From Candidatus Saccharimonadota bacterium (GTDB taxonomy: Bacteria > Patescibacteriota > Gracilibacteria > BD1-5 > UBA2023), in NCBI GenBank assembly GCA_046350815.1, contig JAXLZO010000001.1, positions 1,020,001-1,052,000 of the forward strand: 32,000 bases of DNA, in the 5' to 3' direction. The notes under the pieces were generated by a model that saw only the letters and a list, made by a program, of their open reading frames with translations, was not told the origin of the DNA and did not search any database. The position numbers and the translations under genes were made by a program. Shown piece after piece: positions 20,709-30,327 of this stretch (its first letter is position 1; each line of letters opens with the position of its first letter).

Positions 20709-21485
20709 TTATCCTCCAATAATAAGAGAAGTCATACTCAGTGATCATGCCACGAGCTTATCATTGAATATCTCAACCTGATCACTCTCTCAGCACAGAC
20801 CCAATGTGTATAGAAGTGGCAAATAATGTTCTGGTGTTGGAATGGCAAGCTCAAAAGAATGTCCTTGTTCTCTATAGTGTATTAATGGTTCATAATCTTT
20901 TTCAAGAATACAACGATTGATTTTTTCCTGAACTTCTCGCGCCCAATTATAACCATAATCATCCTTGTTAAAATTCTGAAAATCAACGAGTCAAAGATTA
21001 TGAATAATATTCCCACTTCAGACAATGAGTATTCACTCATCTCGAAGAGGACGAAGCTGTTTTGCGACATCAAAATGATATTGTGGTGGCCGTGTGAGAT
21101 CGAGGCTCATCTGAACAACAGGAATATCCGCATGTGGATAGATATGCCTGAGTACGCTCCAGCTCCCATGATCAAGTCACCATGTATAATCAAGCTCTAA
21201 TTCAATAGGAGAAAGGATCTCTTTGATCTTATTTGCAAGTTCTGGACTCCCCCTTGCTCCATAACGCACTTGGTAGAGTTCAGGAGGAAATCATCAAAAA
21301 TCGTGAATCATCCTTGGATTCTCCATGGCAGTAACTGCAATTCCCCGTGTACACCAATGTGCCGATATGCAAAGTATCACTTTTGGTCTGGGTAATTGTT
21401 GACCAAGTACTTGAAATGATTCTGTAAATGAATTCTCCTCTATAGCATTCATAGGACTCCCATGACCCAAAAAGAGGACTGGCAT
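20709..21485 (-). CDS. ygiD: Class III extradiol dioxygenase, YgiD/4,5-DOPA dioxygenase (LigB) family
   Basis: MPVLFLGHGSPMNAIE, ISAHW, LDHGSWSVL, GSGNIIHNL and AGSLSMTSLIIGG-stop are present. Several in-frame TGAs fall at Gly positions. Confidence 0.75.
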
Positions 21486-21629
21486 TTTCTGTTTATCTCA
21501 CGGTGAAATTCAAGAGTATGAAAGAATCAATTCATCCATATATCAAAGTATAAAGAAGATACAATCATATTAGACGAGAGAGCAAGAAAGGCAAAAAATA
21601 GTATAGCTATGATTTTTTCTGAGAGGAAA

Positions 21630-21697
21630 GGTAGATTCCCATCTTCATGGGAATGACAAGTAATTGTATGTCATCCTCGCGAAGGTGGGAATCTACC
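21630..21697. repeat. 68-nt imperfect palindromic element with mutually exclusive pairings
   Basis: GGTAGATTCCCA (21630-21641) pairs with TGGGAATCTACC (21686-21697). ATTCCCA can alternatively pair with an internal TGGGAAT (21648-21654). An inner GACA..TGTC hairpin is also present. Confidence 0.5.
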
Positions 21698-21734
21698 ATT
21701 CATTCTCTTACCACATGACAAGCATAAACAATAT

Positions 21735-21762
21735 AAAAAAGATATACACACATATCTTTTTT
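21735..21762. terminator. Terminator hairpin downstream of the helicase gene
   Basis: AAAAAAGATAT-ACACAC-ATATCTTTTTT. Confidence 0.65.
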
Positions 21763-21772
21763 ATCGAAAACT

Positions 21773-23317
21773 CTATCTCTCCGTCTTTGGTTTACCGAAT
21801 GTTCTCTTTGGTTGATTTCATCGAGAAGGTCTTTGGCTTGGTGCTGATGATGAACTGCTTCTTTTTGGTGACCGTGATTGCGAAGGTCTCTCCGGACGAG
21901 TATTTTTTCAAGCATATCCCTCTTCCGAGGTATTTTGATACGATCAAAATTTCTTTTTACTTTGTCCTTTTTTCGGACTTCATTCTCCATAATGACTTGG
22001 CTTTGCGTTTCTCTTTTTGGCAGGTTTTGGAGTGGATCGCACATTTGATTCCTCTCCTCATCGTTGTGAAACTTTTGACGAGCCGTGAGGTGTATTTCCA
22101 ATAGGCTTTGATCCTTTTGGTCCTGATCGTGGTACACCTCGCCTCCCCTGTGGTTGTTTTGGTGCCTTTATAGGGTTATGATCTCGCAGTGGAAATGGAT
22201 GATTCTCAATGACTGGTATTTTTTTCGCAATGAGCTTCTCAACATCTCGCAAATATTCTTTTTCTTCTGCATCACAGAATGAATATGCAGTTCATTTTGC
22301 TCCTGCCCGCCCTGTTCTCCCAATCCGATGAACATAGGTTTCAGCAAGATTCGACATCTCATAGTTGATCACGTACTCAAGCTCATCTACGTCGATTCCA
22401 CGTGCGGCAATATCAGTTGCAACGAGTATACGAGTTGTCTGCGCCTTAAAATTTGTAAGTGCTCGCTGCCTTGCGTTTTGAGCTTTATTGCCATGAATTG
22501 CTTCAGCACTTACATTGTTCTTCAGGAGAATCTCAACAACCTTGTTCGCGGCATGTTTTGTCCGTGTAAATACAAGAGCTGTTTTAATATTGGTATCCTT
22601 GAGAATATCAAGAAGGAGTGCGCTTTTATTGCCTTTATCTACAAAATAGACATGTTGCTTGATTATCTCAGCGGTCGAAGATACAGGGGTAACGGCAACC
22701 TTCTGAGGATTATGGAGTATCGTGTTGGCAAGCCTCACGATATCTCATGGCATGGTAGCAGAGAAGAAGAGTGATTGTCTTTTTTTCGGAAGTACCGAGA
22801 GTATTTTCTTCACATCCTGCACGAAACCCATATCGAGCATTCGATCAGCCTCATCAAGCGTGAATATCTCAACATCAGCAAGATTCACAAATCATTGATT
22901 CATAAGATCCAGAAGTCTTCCTGGAGTAGCTACAACAATATCTACACCACTCTTGAGAGCTAATACCTGAGCATGTTGGCTAACACCACCAAAAATAACG
23001 CTATATTTAAGACCCGTATGCCTTCCATAAGAACCAAAGCTCTCACCAATCTGAAGAGCAAGCTCCCGTGTTGGAGTAATAATAAGGCTTCGTATTTTTC
23101 GTTTCTGCGTGTATGTTTTATTCGCACTCAAAAGTTGGAGGATCGGAATAGCAAATGCAGCAGTTTTTCCGGTTCCAGTTTGAGCACAACCAAGAAGATC
23201 ATTTCATTGGAGAATGACCGGTATCGATTGTGCCTGTATCGGAGTTGGCGTTGTGTATCCCTCTTCCTCAAGAGCCTTGAGAATAGGATCAATAATATTG
23301 AGCGATGAAAAGAGCAT
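21773..23317 (-). CDS. DEAD-box ATP-dependent RNA helicase (RhlE-like) with basic C-terminal tail
   Basis: [66 protein letters not shown] and [18 protein letters not shown] are present. The K/R/S-rich tail ends at TAG 21773-21775. Confidence 0.9.
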
Positions 23318-23436
23318 GAAAATACAAAAAGTGTAATAAAATGAGAGCTTACAGGTTCTCGCAATTTTTAGAAAAAGTTCTCAACTAAAATAGAGAATTC
23401 CAGGATAGGGAGAAAATGAATTTCGTGAAAAGATTT

Positions 23437-24204
23437 GACTCTAGACAAGCAAACATTTGAATAATTGAGCGTTTCGCTAATCTTCTGAGAAGGAGCCGTA
23501 AGGCTTCTTCTTTCTTATTGCGATAATTATACCGAAACTCGCATTCTTTCAAATGAAGATGAAATTTATCTGCTCGGATTCAGTTTAATTTGATCATTCT
23601 TTGTTTTGCAAAACTCCAAAATGCCTCTATACCGTTTACATGACTTTTTCATCTCGCAAACTTAACGAAGTGTATGCCTGTGTGGTGCATTGTGTGAATG
23701 AAATACTCTATAATGTTCGTATCCATTGAGTATAAGCCCATCATAACTTGTCCAACCATCAGAGTTGACCGTGGATCATTCCAGAACTTTTCCTTGTATA
23801 GTATAGGCATTAATGAGTCTCTACTACAATCTGGAACAATACTTACATAGACATTTCAGTTTCTTTTCTGAAGTCCAAACACTGTGGTGTTTTTCCAGCC
23901 GCTCATCTTCATTGTTTTTCTCTGACTCGTCTTACACCGAAATAACTCTCATCAACTTCAAATTCTCAGAATTCTTTTCAAAACTTTGATGATTCTTCAA
24001 TAGATATTCTCACAATTTCTTCTCGAAATATAGCATAGTACCTGTTAATAGTGTTACGAGATATTTCGAGAAGTTCTGATGTTTGAGTAGCAGTAAAGTC
24101 TCCTAAAAATAGCTTCAAAATTTCTCGTATTTTCTCAGAGCTGATTTTACTGTATTTGATCATATGGAGCTAGTGTAAGAAGATAATTCTTCTTGTCTAG
24201 AGCC
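23437..24204 (-). mobile_element. 768-bp IS1595-like insertion sequence, copy 2 (inverted relative to copy 1; same frameshifted transposase)
   Basis: It reads as the exact reverse complement of 1751-2518 by eye, including the three frameshift sites. The flanks AAGATTT and TAAATAA are not a direct repeat. Confidence 0.85.
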
Positions 24205-24221
24205 TAAATAATTGAAGTGGA

Positions 24222-24476
24222 ATGAGCGGATATATGAGTGATGAGCTAAAAATCCTGAATCAGCATATGACAACTATCCTACATCATCAAAGCTCTCCTG
24301 AGGAGCGAGAGTGAGCAGCCCGAAGTCTTGCAAAATCTCTTGGGTTTGGGAGTCAGGTGACAGATATCTTATTAGCAAGGGTAGCAAGACCACTGACAGC
24401 AGGCTGCAAAGTAGAGCTGATCTATATGATCTCAAATGCACATTCAGCGCAAGTGTCATCCAAAAATATTCACTAG
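24222..24476 (+). CDS. Hypothetical small protein (84 aa, table 25)
   Basis: The frame runs from ATG 24222 across TGA 24312-24314 to TAG 24474-24476. The stop sits in the loop of the hairpin AAAAATATTCAC-TAG-TGAATATTTTT. Confidence 0.35.
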
Positions 24477-24529
24477 TGAATATTTTTTCTTTTCTGTGTG
24501 GTTCGTTTAGTATTTTATTCTGCAATGTA

Positions 24530-25185
24530 TAAAACCCCCGCCTCTGGTGGGGGAAACACCTAGGTTCTACCGTTCCAACATGTACAAGAAAAAAGGTTAT
24601 GATAGTATCTCTCAAGCAGAGAGTCCCCAGAAGAAGGGTGCTTACTATCATAACCTTTTTTCATTCTTCACTTATGGCTCATACTTCCTTTGATTGTAGC
24701 TACCATATAGTACTTTGCCCAAAGTACCGCAAGAAAATTATATATGGAACTTATAAAACTCAACTCTGAAACATTCTCAATGATCTTCTGAGAGAAATGA
24801 AAATAGAAAAACTCGAATGACATCTTATGAAAGATCACATTCATCTTCAGCTCAAGATACCACCAAGTCTCTCAGTAGCAAAAGTCATAGGTACTCTTAA
24901 ATGAAAATCTGCCATACGACTCCATAATAGATATGCACCAAGAAGAACAGCTCTTGGACACAAACACTTTTGGTCACGATGATACTTCGTACGAACAACA
25001 GGACTCGATATTGAAATGATCAACAACTACATCTGTAACCAAGAGAAAGAAGATATAATTGAGGATGGTAATCAACTTGATCTTCACTTCTAGTCTCACG
25101 CTATCCTAAGTCTCACTATACTTCCCATTCAAGACCCTTCTAGGGTCTCTCTGCTAAAACCCCCTGTTCTACAGGGGGATATTTA
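24530..25185 (+). mobile_element. IS200/IS605-family element carrying tnpA only (boundaries approximate)
   Basis: The tnpA gene is flanked by G/C-rich subterminal hairpins: CCCCCGCC-TCT-GGTGGGGG (24535-24553), AGACCCT-TC-TAGGGTCT (25132-25148) and CCCCCTG-TTCTA-CAGGGGG (25160-25178). A 5'-leader stem of about 19 bp lies at 24589-24661. Confidence 0.65.
24674..25093 (+). CDS. tnpA: IS200/IS605-family Y1 (HUH) transposase TnpA
   Basis: MAHTSFDCSYHIVLCPKYRKK..., DHIHLQLKIPPSLSVAKVIGTLKGKSA, HFWSRGYF and NNYICNQE are present. Four in-frame TGAs fall at Gly positions, and the gene ends in TAG. Confidence 0.85.
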
Positions 25186-25223
25186 TTTTGCTCCTGGATA
25201 TACTATTGTGCAATCCTTTTTCT

Positions 25224-26738
25224 ATGCCAAAAAATCAAGAATCCACCCAAAACTTTGAAGCTCAGCTCTTCAAGGCCGCTGATAAGCTCCGCAAAAATAT
25301 CGATGCTGCTGAGTACAAAAATGTCGCTCTCGGGCTCATCTTTCTCAAGTATATCTCTGAGAGTTTTCAGGAGCTCTATGATGAGCTTGAGCAGGATGAA
25401 TACGGAGATCCAGAGGATCGTGACGAATACCTTGCAAAAAATATCTTCTTCGTCCCCGAGCAGGCTCGCTGGAAAAATCTCCAAGCAAAAGCAAAGCTTC
25501 CGACTATCGGAATCGAGCTCGACAATGCTATGGAAGCCATAGAAAAAGAAAATCTAGAACTCAGAAATGTCCTCCCGAAAGTCTTCGGAAAACAAAATCT
25601 CGATAAAACCTCACTCGGTGAGCTCATCGACCTCATATCCAATACCGAGCTCAAAACCGCAAGCCATAACTCAAAAGATCTCTTCGGTCGAGTCTATGAA
25701 TACTTCCTCGGGGAATTTGCGAATGCAGAAGGGAAAAAATGAGGACAATTCTACACTCCGAAATCCATCGTGAAACTCATGGTCGAGATGATCGAGCCCT
25801 ACAAAGGACGTGTCTATGACCCAGCGTGTGGAAGCGGTGGTATGTTCGTGATGAGTGAAAAGTTCGTCGAAGAACACCAAGGGAATATCAAAGATATCAC
25901 TATCTATGGGCAAGAGAGCAATCAAACGATATGGAAGCTCTCAAAAATGAATCTTGCGATTCGAAATATCAATTCCCAATTTGTCGCATGGAATACTGAA
26001 GGGTCATTTCTTCGTGATGCCCATCCAGACCTGAAGGCTGATTTTGTTATTGCGAACCCACCATTTAACCAATCCGACTGGGGAGTGGATGTTCTCGCAG
26101 ATGATGCTCGATGGAAATACGGAGTACCACCGTCTGGGAATGCGAATTTCGGATGGATACAACATATGCTCTACCATACTGCTCCAGGCGGTATCGTCGC
26201 AACTGTCCTCGCGAATGGATCACTCTCATCCAATACAAGTGGAGAAGGTGATATTCGTAAGAGACTTATTGAAGCTGATCTTGTCGAGTGTATCGTTGCT
26301 CTCCCGAAACAACTTTTTTACAACACCGGTATCCCAGCATGTATCTGGTTTCTTCGTCGTGAACGCACAGAGAGAAGAGGTGAAGTTCTCTTTATCGATG
26401 CGTCAGAGATGGGATATATGAAAGACCGAGTACACCGCGACCTATCAGAAGATGATATAGAAAAAATTGCTACCACATACCATAACTGGAGAAAGGGTGG
26501 AAATTATGAAAATGTAAAATGATATTGTCACTCTGCGAGTAAGACTGATCTCGAAAAACATGGCTATGTCCTCACTCCTGGACGATATGTAGGTATAACC
26601 GATGTAGTCGATGACGGGATCCCATTTGAGGACAAGATGCGAGATCTCACAGCGAAGCTCTCTGAACAGATGAAGCAAGAGAAACTTCTTGATGAAGAAA
26701 TCAAGAAGCAACTTGCAAAGATAGGATTTGAGATTTAG
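25224..26738 (+). CDS. hsdM: Type I restriction-modification system methyltransferase subunit HsdM (N6-adenine)
   Basis: The N-terminal HsdM domain has [25 protein letters not shown]. Also present are G-GQFYTP (first Gly = TGA 25740-25742), [11 protein letters not shown] and IANPPFN. There are only two in-frame TGAs, and the gene ends in TAG 26736-26738. Confidence 0.92.
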
Positions 26739-26849
26739 TTATATTTCATTTCACAAATTTAATTAAAATAATATTTAGTTTGATTAAGTTTGCATAAATT
26801 AAACTAAAGTATATAGTAGTTATACTTAAAGTATCGAAATATAACTAAC

Positions 26850-27977
26850 ATGCGCTTTATGATTGGAAAATACATTCAACAACCGTCAGGATATACTGCT
26901 TTTATTCCAAATCCATTTCCACCAGATGGAATTTTTGAATTTTCTACAAAAATATATCAAAAACTCTCTGAAGCGGAACGGCTCCTCGGAAAACTCGATG
27001 GACTCTCAAGTCGTCTTCCAGATCTCGATTTTTTTCTTTCGATGTACATACTCAAAGATGCCACTTATTCATCTCAGATAGAGTGAACTCGTGCAACGAT
27101 GATGGATGCTATCGAACTTTCAGCAGGGATTAATGAGAAAAATACAGATGCTGATGATATTCTTCACTATATCGAAGCATTGAACTATTCTATAAACAGA
27201 CTCTCTGAGTTTCCTTTTTCTCTTCGTTTTATCAGAGAGATTCATGAAAAACTCATGATGGGTGCTCGCTCTTCTCACTTCGCAGATCCAGGGAATTTTC
27301 GAAAGTCACAAAACTGGATCGGTGGAACTACTCCAGAAAATGCCCTCTTTGTACCTCCGCCAGTAGAAGTACTTCACACTGCACTCGATGATATTGAAAG
27401 ATTTATCCATAGTACTGAGTGTATACCTCTCTTACAAGTAGGACTTCTGCATGCTCAGTTTGAGACAATCCATCCATTTCTCGATGGAAATGGTCGTACT
27501 GGTCGCATCCTCATAACCCTCTTTCTCTATTCTCGTACGATGCTCGAGAAACCAGTACTTTTCCTCTCTTCTTATTTCAAAAAATATCAACAAGTCTACT
27601 ACGATAGACTCAACGGATACCATAATGGAAAAGTAGAAGAATGGATAGATTTTTTCCTCGATGGTATCATAGAGATCGCACGAGAATCCATAGAGACATC
27701 AAAACAAATCGATACCCTCCGGGATGAAGATATGCAAAAGATTCAATCTCTTGGAAAGAGGGAGGCAGGAAGTGGAGTAAAACTCCTTAATTTCCTCTTC
27801 AGTGAACCACTCGTAACGACCAATACTGTATCAAAGGCACTTTGATTCTCATGGCCTGGATCACAGAAAGCGATTGATAGATTTATCAACCTCAATATTC
27901 TCAGTGCCTACGATGAGACGGAGAAATATGGTAAAAGGTATATCTACAGACGATATATAGATATTTTTAATAATTAA
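26850..27977 (+). CDS. fic: Fic-family protein (AMPylase-type) with N-terminal inhibitory helix motif
   Basis: The Fic motif HPFLDGNGRTGR lies at 27471-27506. The N-terminus has GYTAFIPNPFPP. The inhibitory motif S-S-Q-I-E-G has its Gly encoded by TGA 27084-27086. The C-terminus is winged-helix-like, and the gene ends in TAA 27975-27977. Confidence 0.88.
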
Positions 27978-27983
27978 AAGAAG

Positions 27984-28370
27984 ATGAAAAGAAGTGATGA
28001 AAAACGCATTCTTAAAATTCTCCGTATTATCCTGAATATAGTGTGGTGGATTATTAAATACATTGTTCTATGAATTTACTTCTCAACAAAGTGGATATGG
28101 GGTAGGTGAACGGGGCTCATGAGACAAAAGAAGAGAATATTGTGAATAGCTGTACGAACGCTATCAGTAATTCCGATATATATTATGCTCTGTATATGAA
28201 TCTTCATCTATATACATCGGGAAACATTCAAAGAATGATGAATCAAAGTTGCATGGTGTATCATGACCAAAGGGAAATGCGTCACTCGAGAGATACGGCA
28301 AGATCTACGCCATGATATACTTCAAGATCTCTCATGATCACTCCTCAATAATACGTGATTGACACAATAA
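27984..28370 (+). CDS. Possible small hydrophobic protein between fic and hsdS (doubtful)
   Basis: The table-25 frame runs from ATG 27984 to TAA 28368-28370 with a hydrophobic N-terminus. It contains 8 TGAs in 128 codons, and a competing frame exists at 28106-28315. Confidence 0.2.
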
Positions 28371-28717
28371 CTATGACTATTCACAACACAACGCATATAC
28401 CCGAATGATGGAGAGAAACGACCTTGGGAGAAATTGTCACTATTTGACGTTGATCTTCTCCAAGACCAATACAAGATTATTTATCAGACTTTGGTATACC
28501 ATGGGTTAAGATTTCAGATGCTACAGCCTCTCAAAATAGATTCATTGAATGAACAAAAGAATATATAAAAGAAGAAGGGCGCAGTACTTCTGTTCAACCA
28601 GGTAATCTACTAGTCTCCAATAGTGCAACTCCTTGAATTCCGAAATTTATGAGAATTCATGCTTGCGTACATGACTGATGGTTAGTATTCAGCAACTACA
28701 AAGAATTAAATAATGAT

Positions 28718-29470
28718 GGGTCTAAACCAGTTACGGGTTATATTGACGAAGTAACTTTAGCACTTCCTTATAAATATCTTTTCATTGAATACGACAATTA
28801 TATCTGAATTCAGATTCTTTCAAAAAATAGTAGAAGTAGACTTTCTTGATTCCATTGAATTGAGAGAGTCTTCTTTTGGTATAACTCCAAAATGACTCTA
28901 TTCAATTAATGTGTTGAGTTCATCTTGCAAATTCATTTGCTCCGTGATGAACACGGTAGTGTTTCTCATATCCAATATCTACAAGCCCATCATAAGCTCA
29001 CCATCCATCACTGTTAATCTCAGACTCTTCTATACGAAGTTTTCATCGAATGATTGGCACGAGAGTCCTTGCTTTTACATCAGGAACTATCTCAGTATAT
29101 ACTTTTCAGTTTCTTTTGAGTAAACCAAAGACTATTGTCTTCATACCAGCTCACCTTCCTCTCTTTCATCGGACTCTTGTTGGTCAGAAGTAACTCTCAT
29201 CTATCTCAACATTTCCAGTCCATATTTCATTCTTTTCTCTCTCACAGAGAAAGGCTATCGCCTTTCTGATATATCTATACCAATCCTGTGTTGTTTTTGG
29301 ATTGAGACCTGTTAATACCGCTGTTTTATCTGAAGTAAAATCCAGAGAAAAATATTTCACAATTTCTCTTATTTTTGCATCTCAAATTCGTGATTTTTTC
29401 CTATAGGTAGTTTTACTGATCATAGAGCCAAGTTTATGGGATAATTTATCCTGTCAACTGGTTTAGACCC
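28718..29470 (-). mobile_element. 753-bp IS1595-family insertion sequence (intact copy)
   Basis: Terminal inverted repeats are GGGTCTAAACCAGTT (28718-) and AACTGGTTTAGACCC (-29470). The 7-bp target duplication TAATGAT lies at 28711-28717 and 29471-29477. Confidence 0.9.
28731..29423 (-). CDS. IS1595/ISXO2-like DDE transposase (230 aa, intact under table 25)
   Basis: MISKTTYRKKSRIGDAKIREIVKYF...VEIDESYFGPTRVRGKRGRGAGMKTIVFGLLKRNGKVYTEIVPD...INSDGWGAYDGL...GYEKHYRVHH...HINGIESFWSYTKRRL...ESEFRYN. The TAA stop lies inside the left terminal repeat. Confidence 0.85.
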
Positions 29471-30327
29471 TAATGATTATTTATACTACTTCTTCTTGGA
29501 TTATCGGAGACATCTTGAACATTCCGCATCCTGAACTGTGTTCAAAAATCTTACAACAGATATTGTCAGGCATGTACCAATCCTCCTCCCACCCCTCCCC
29601 GAACAACGAGCTATCGCCGATATACTCTCATCACTCGATGCGAAGATCGAGCTTCTCCGAGATCAGAACGAGATACTAGAGAAGACGGCACAGACCATAT
29701 TCCAAGAGTGGTTTATGGATAATGAAACTTACCCAAGACAACGTTTATGAGATTTAATGATCGTAAAAAGATGATGATCTCCGAGACCAATTCAAGATTA
29801 TCTTCAAGAAAATGGATTAAGATGGTTAAAAATATCTGATGCCTCAGCAACTCAGTGACCGTATATCTTCGAAATTAAAGAGTGCATAAAAGAAGAATGA
29901 TTGAGAAAAACTATTCATTTAGATGCCTGATCACTTGTACTTTCAAATAGTGCAACTCCATGAATTCCAAAGATTCTTGCAGTTGATTCGTGTATACATG
30001 ATGGATGGCTCTATTTTCCAAAATCAAATTTCTCAAATGAATTCCTATTTTTATTATTCCAGACAATCAGACCTTTGCTCATTCAACAATGAAGTGGTAG
30101 TGTATTTACAAACTTGAAGACAGATATTCTAAAAGATTTTGAGGCACCATTACCAGATGATGATATATTAAAGGCATTTGATAATGTTGTAAAACCAATA
30201 TTTTCTAAGATATATAACAACTCGCTCCAAATCCAATCTCTCTCAAAAACTCGCGATACACTTCTGCCGAAGTTGATGAGCGGGGAGGTGAGGGTCGCTT
30301 AATTATTTTTTAACTAACTTTTAATTT

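Larger units (their letters stand above)
28373..30302 (+). pseudogene. hsdS: Type I R-M specificity subunit HsdS, interrupted by an IS insertion in the first target-recognition domain
   Basis: The 5' part (28373-28717) reads MTIHNTTHIPEGWRETTLGEI..GRGSSPRPIQDY..WVKISDA..SNSATPGIPK..HDGWLVF. The 3' part (29478-30302) reads YLYYFF..GTVFKNL..LPPLPEQRAIADIL..GGSPRPIQDY..SNSATPGIPK..HDGWLYF..LPKLMSGEVRV-stop. Removing 28718-29477 restores one 389-codon frame. Confidence 0.9.

Noticed and set aside
21630-21697. Possible tRNA (7-bp terminal helix GGTAGAT/ATCTACC, about 68 nt), which would have been exciting as a UGA-decoding tRNA
   Set aside because: The internal arms do not fit a cloverleaf. The would-be anticodon arm has a 6-bp stem with a 10-nt loop. 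The would-be T arm has a 6-nt loop and overlaps the acceptor strand. No UCA anticodon is present.
21664-22137. 146-aa (+) and 145-aa (-) standard-code ORFs
   Set aside because: Both overlap, out of frame or antisense, the K/R/S-rich C-terminal tail of the DEAD-box helicase. That tail is continuous with the catalytic core in one table-25 frame down to TAG 21773-21775.
24280-24440. Nested complementarity (GCAGCC..GGCTGC enclosing GTCAGGTG..CACTGAC) suggesting a structured RNA such as SRP RNA or RNase P RNA
   Set aside because: I could not find the conserved SRP domain IV or RNase P P4 motifs on either strand. Under table 25 the region is covered by a plausible 84-codon ORF ending in a terminator loop. 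It is kept only as a low-confidence CDS.
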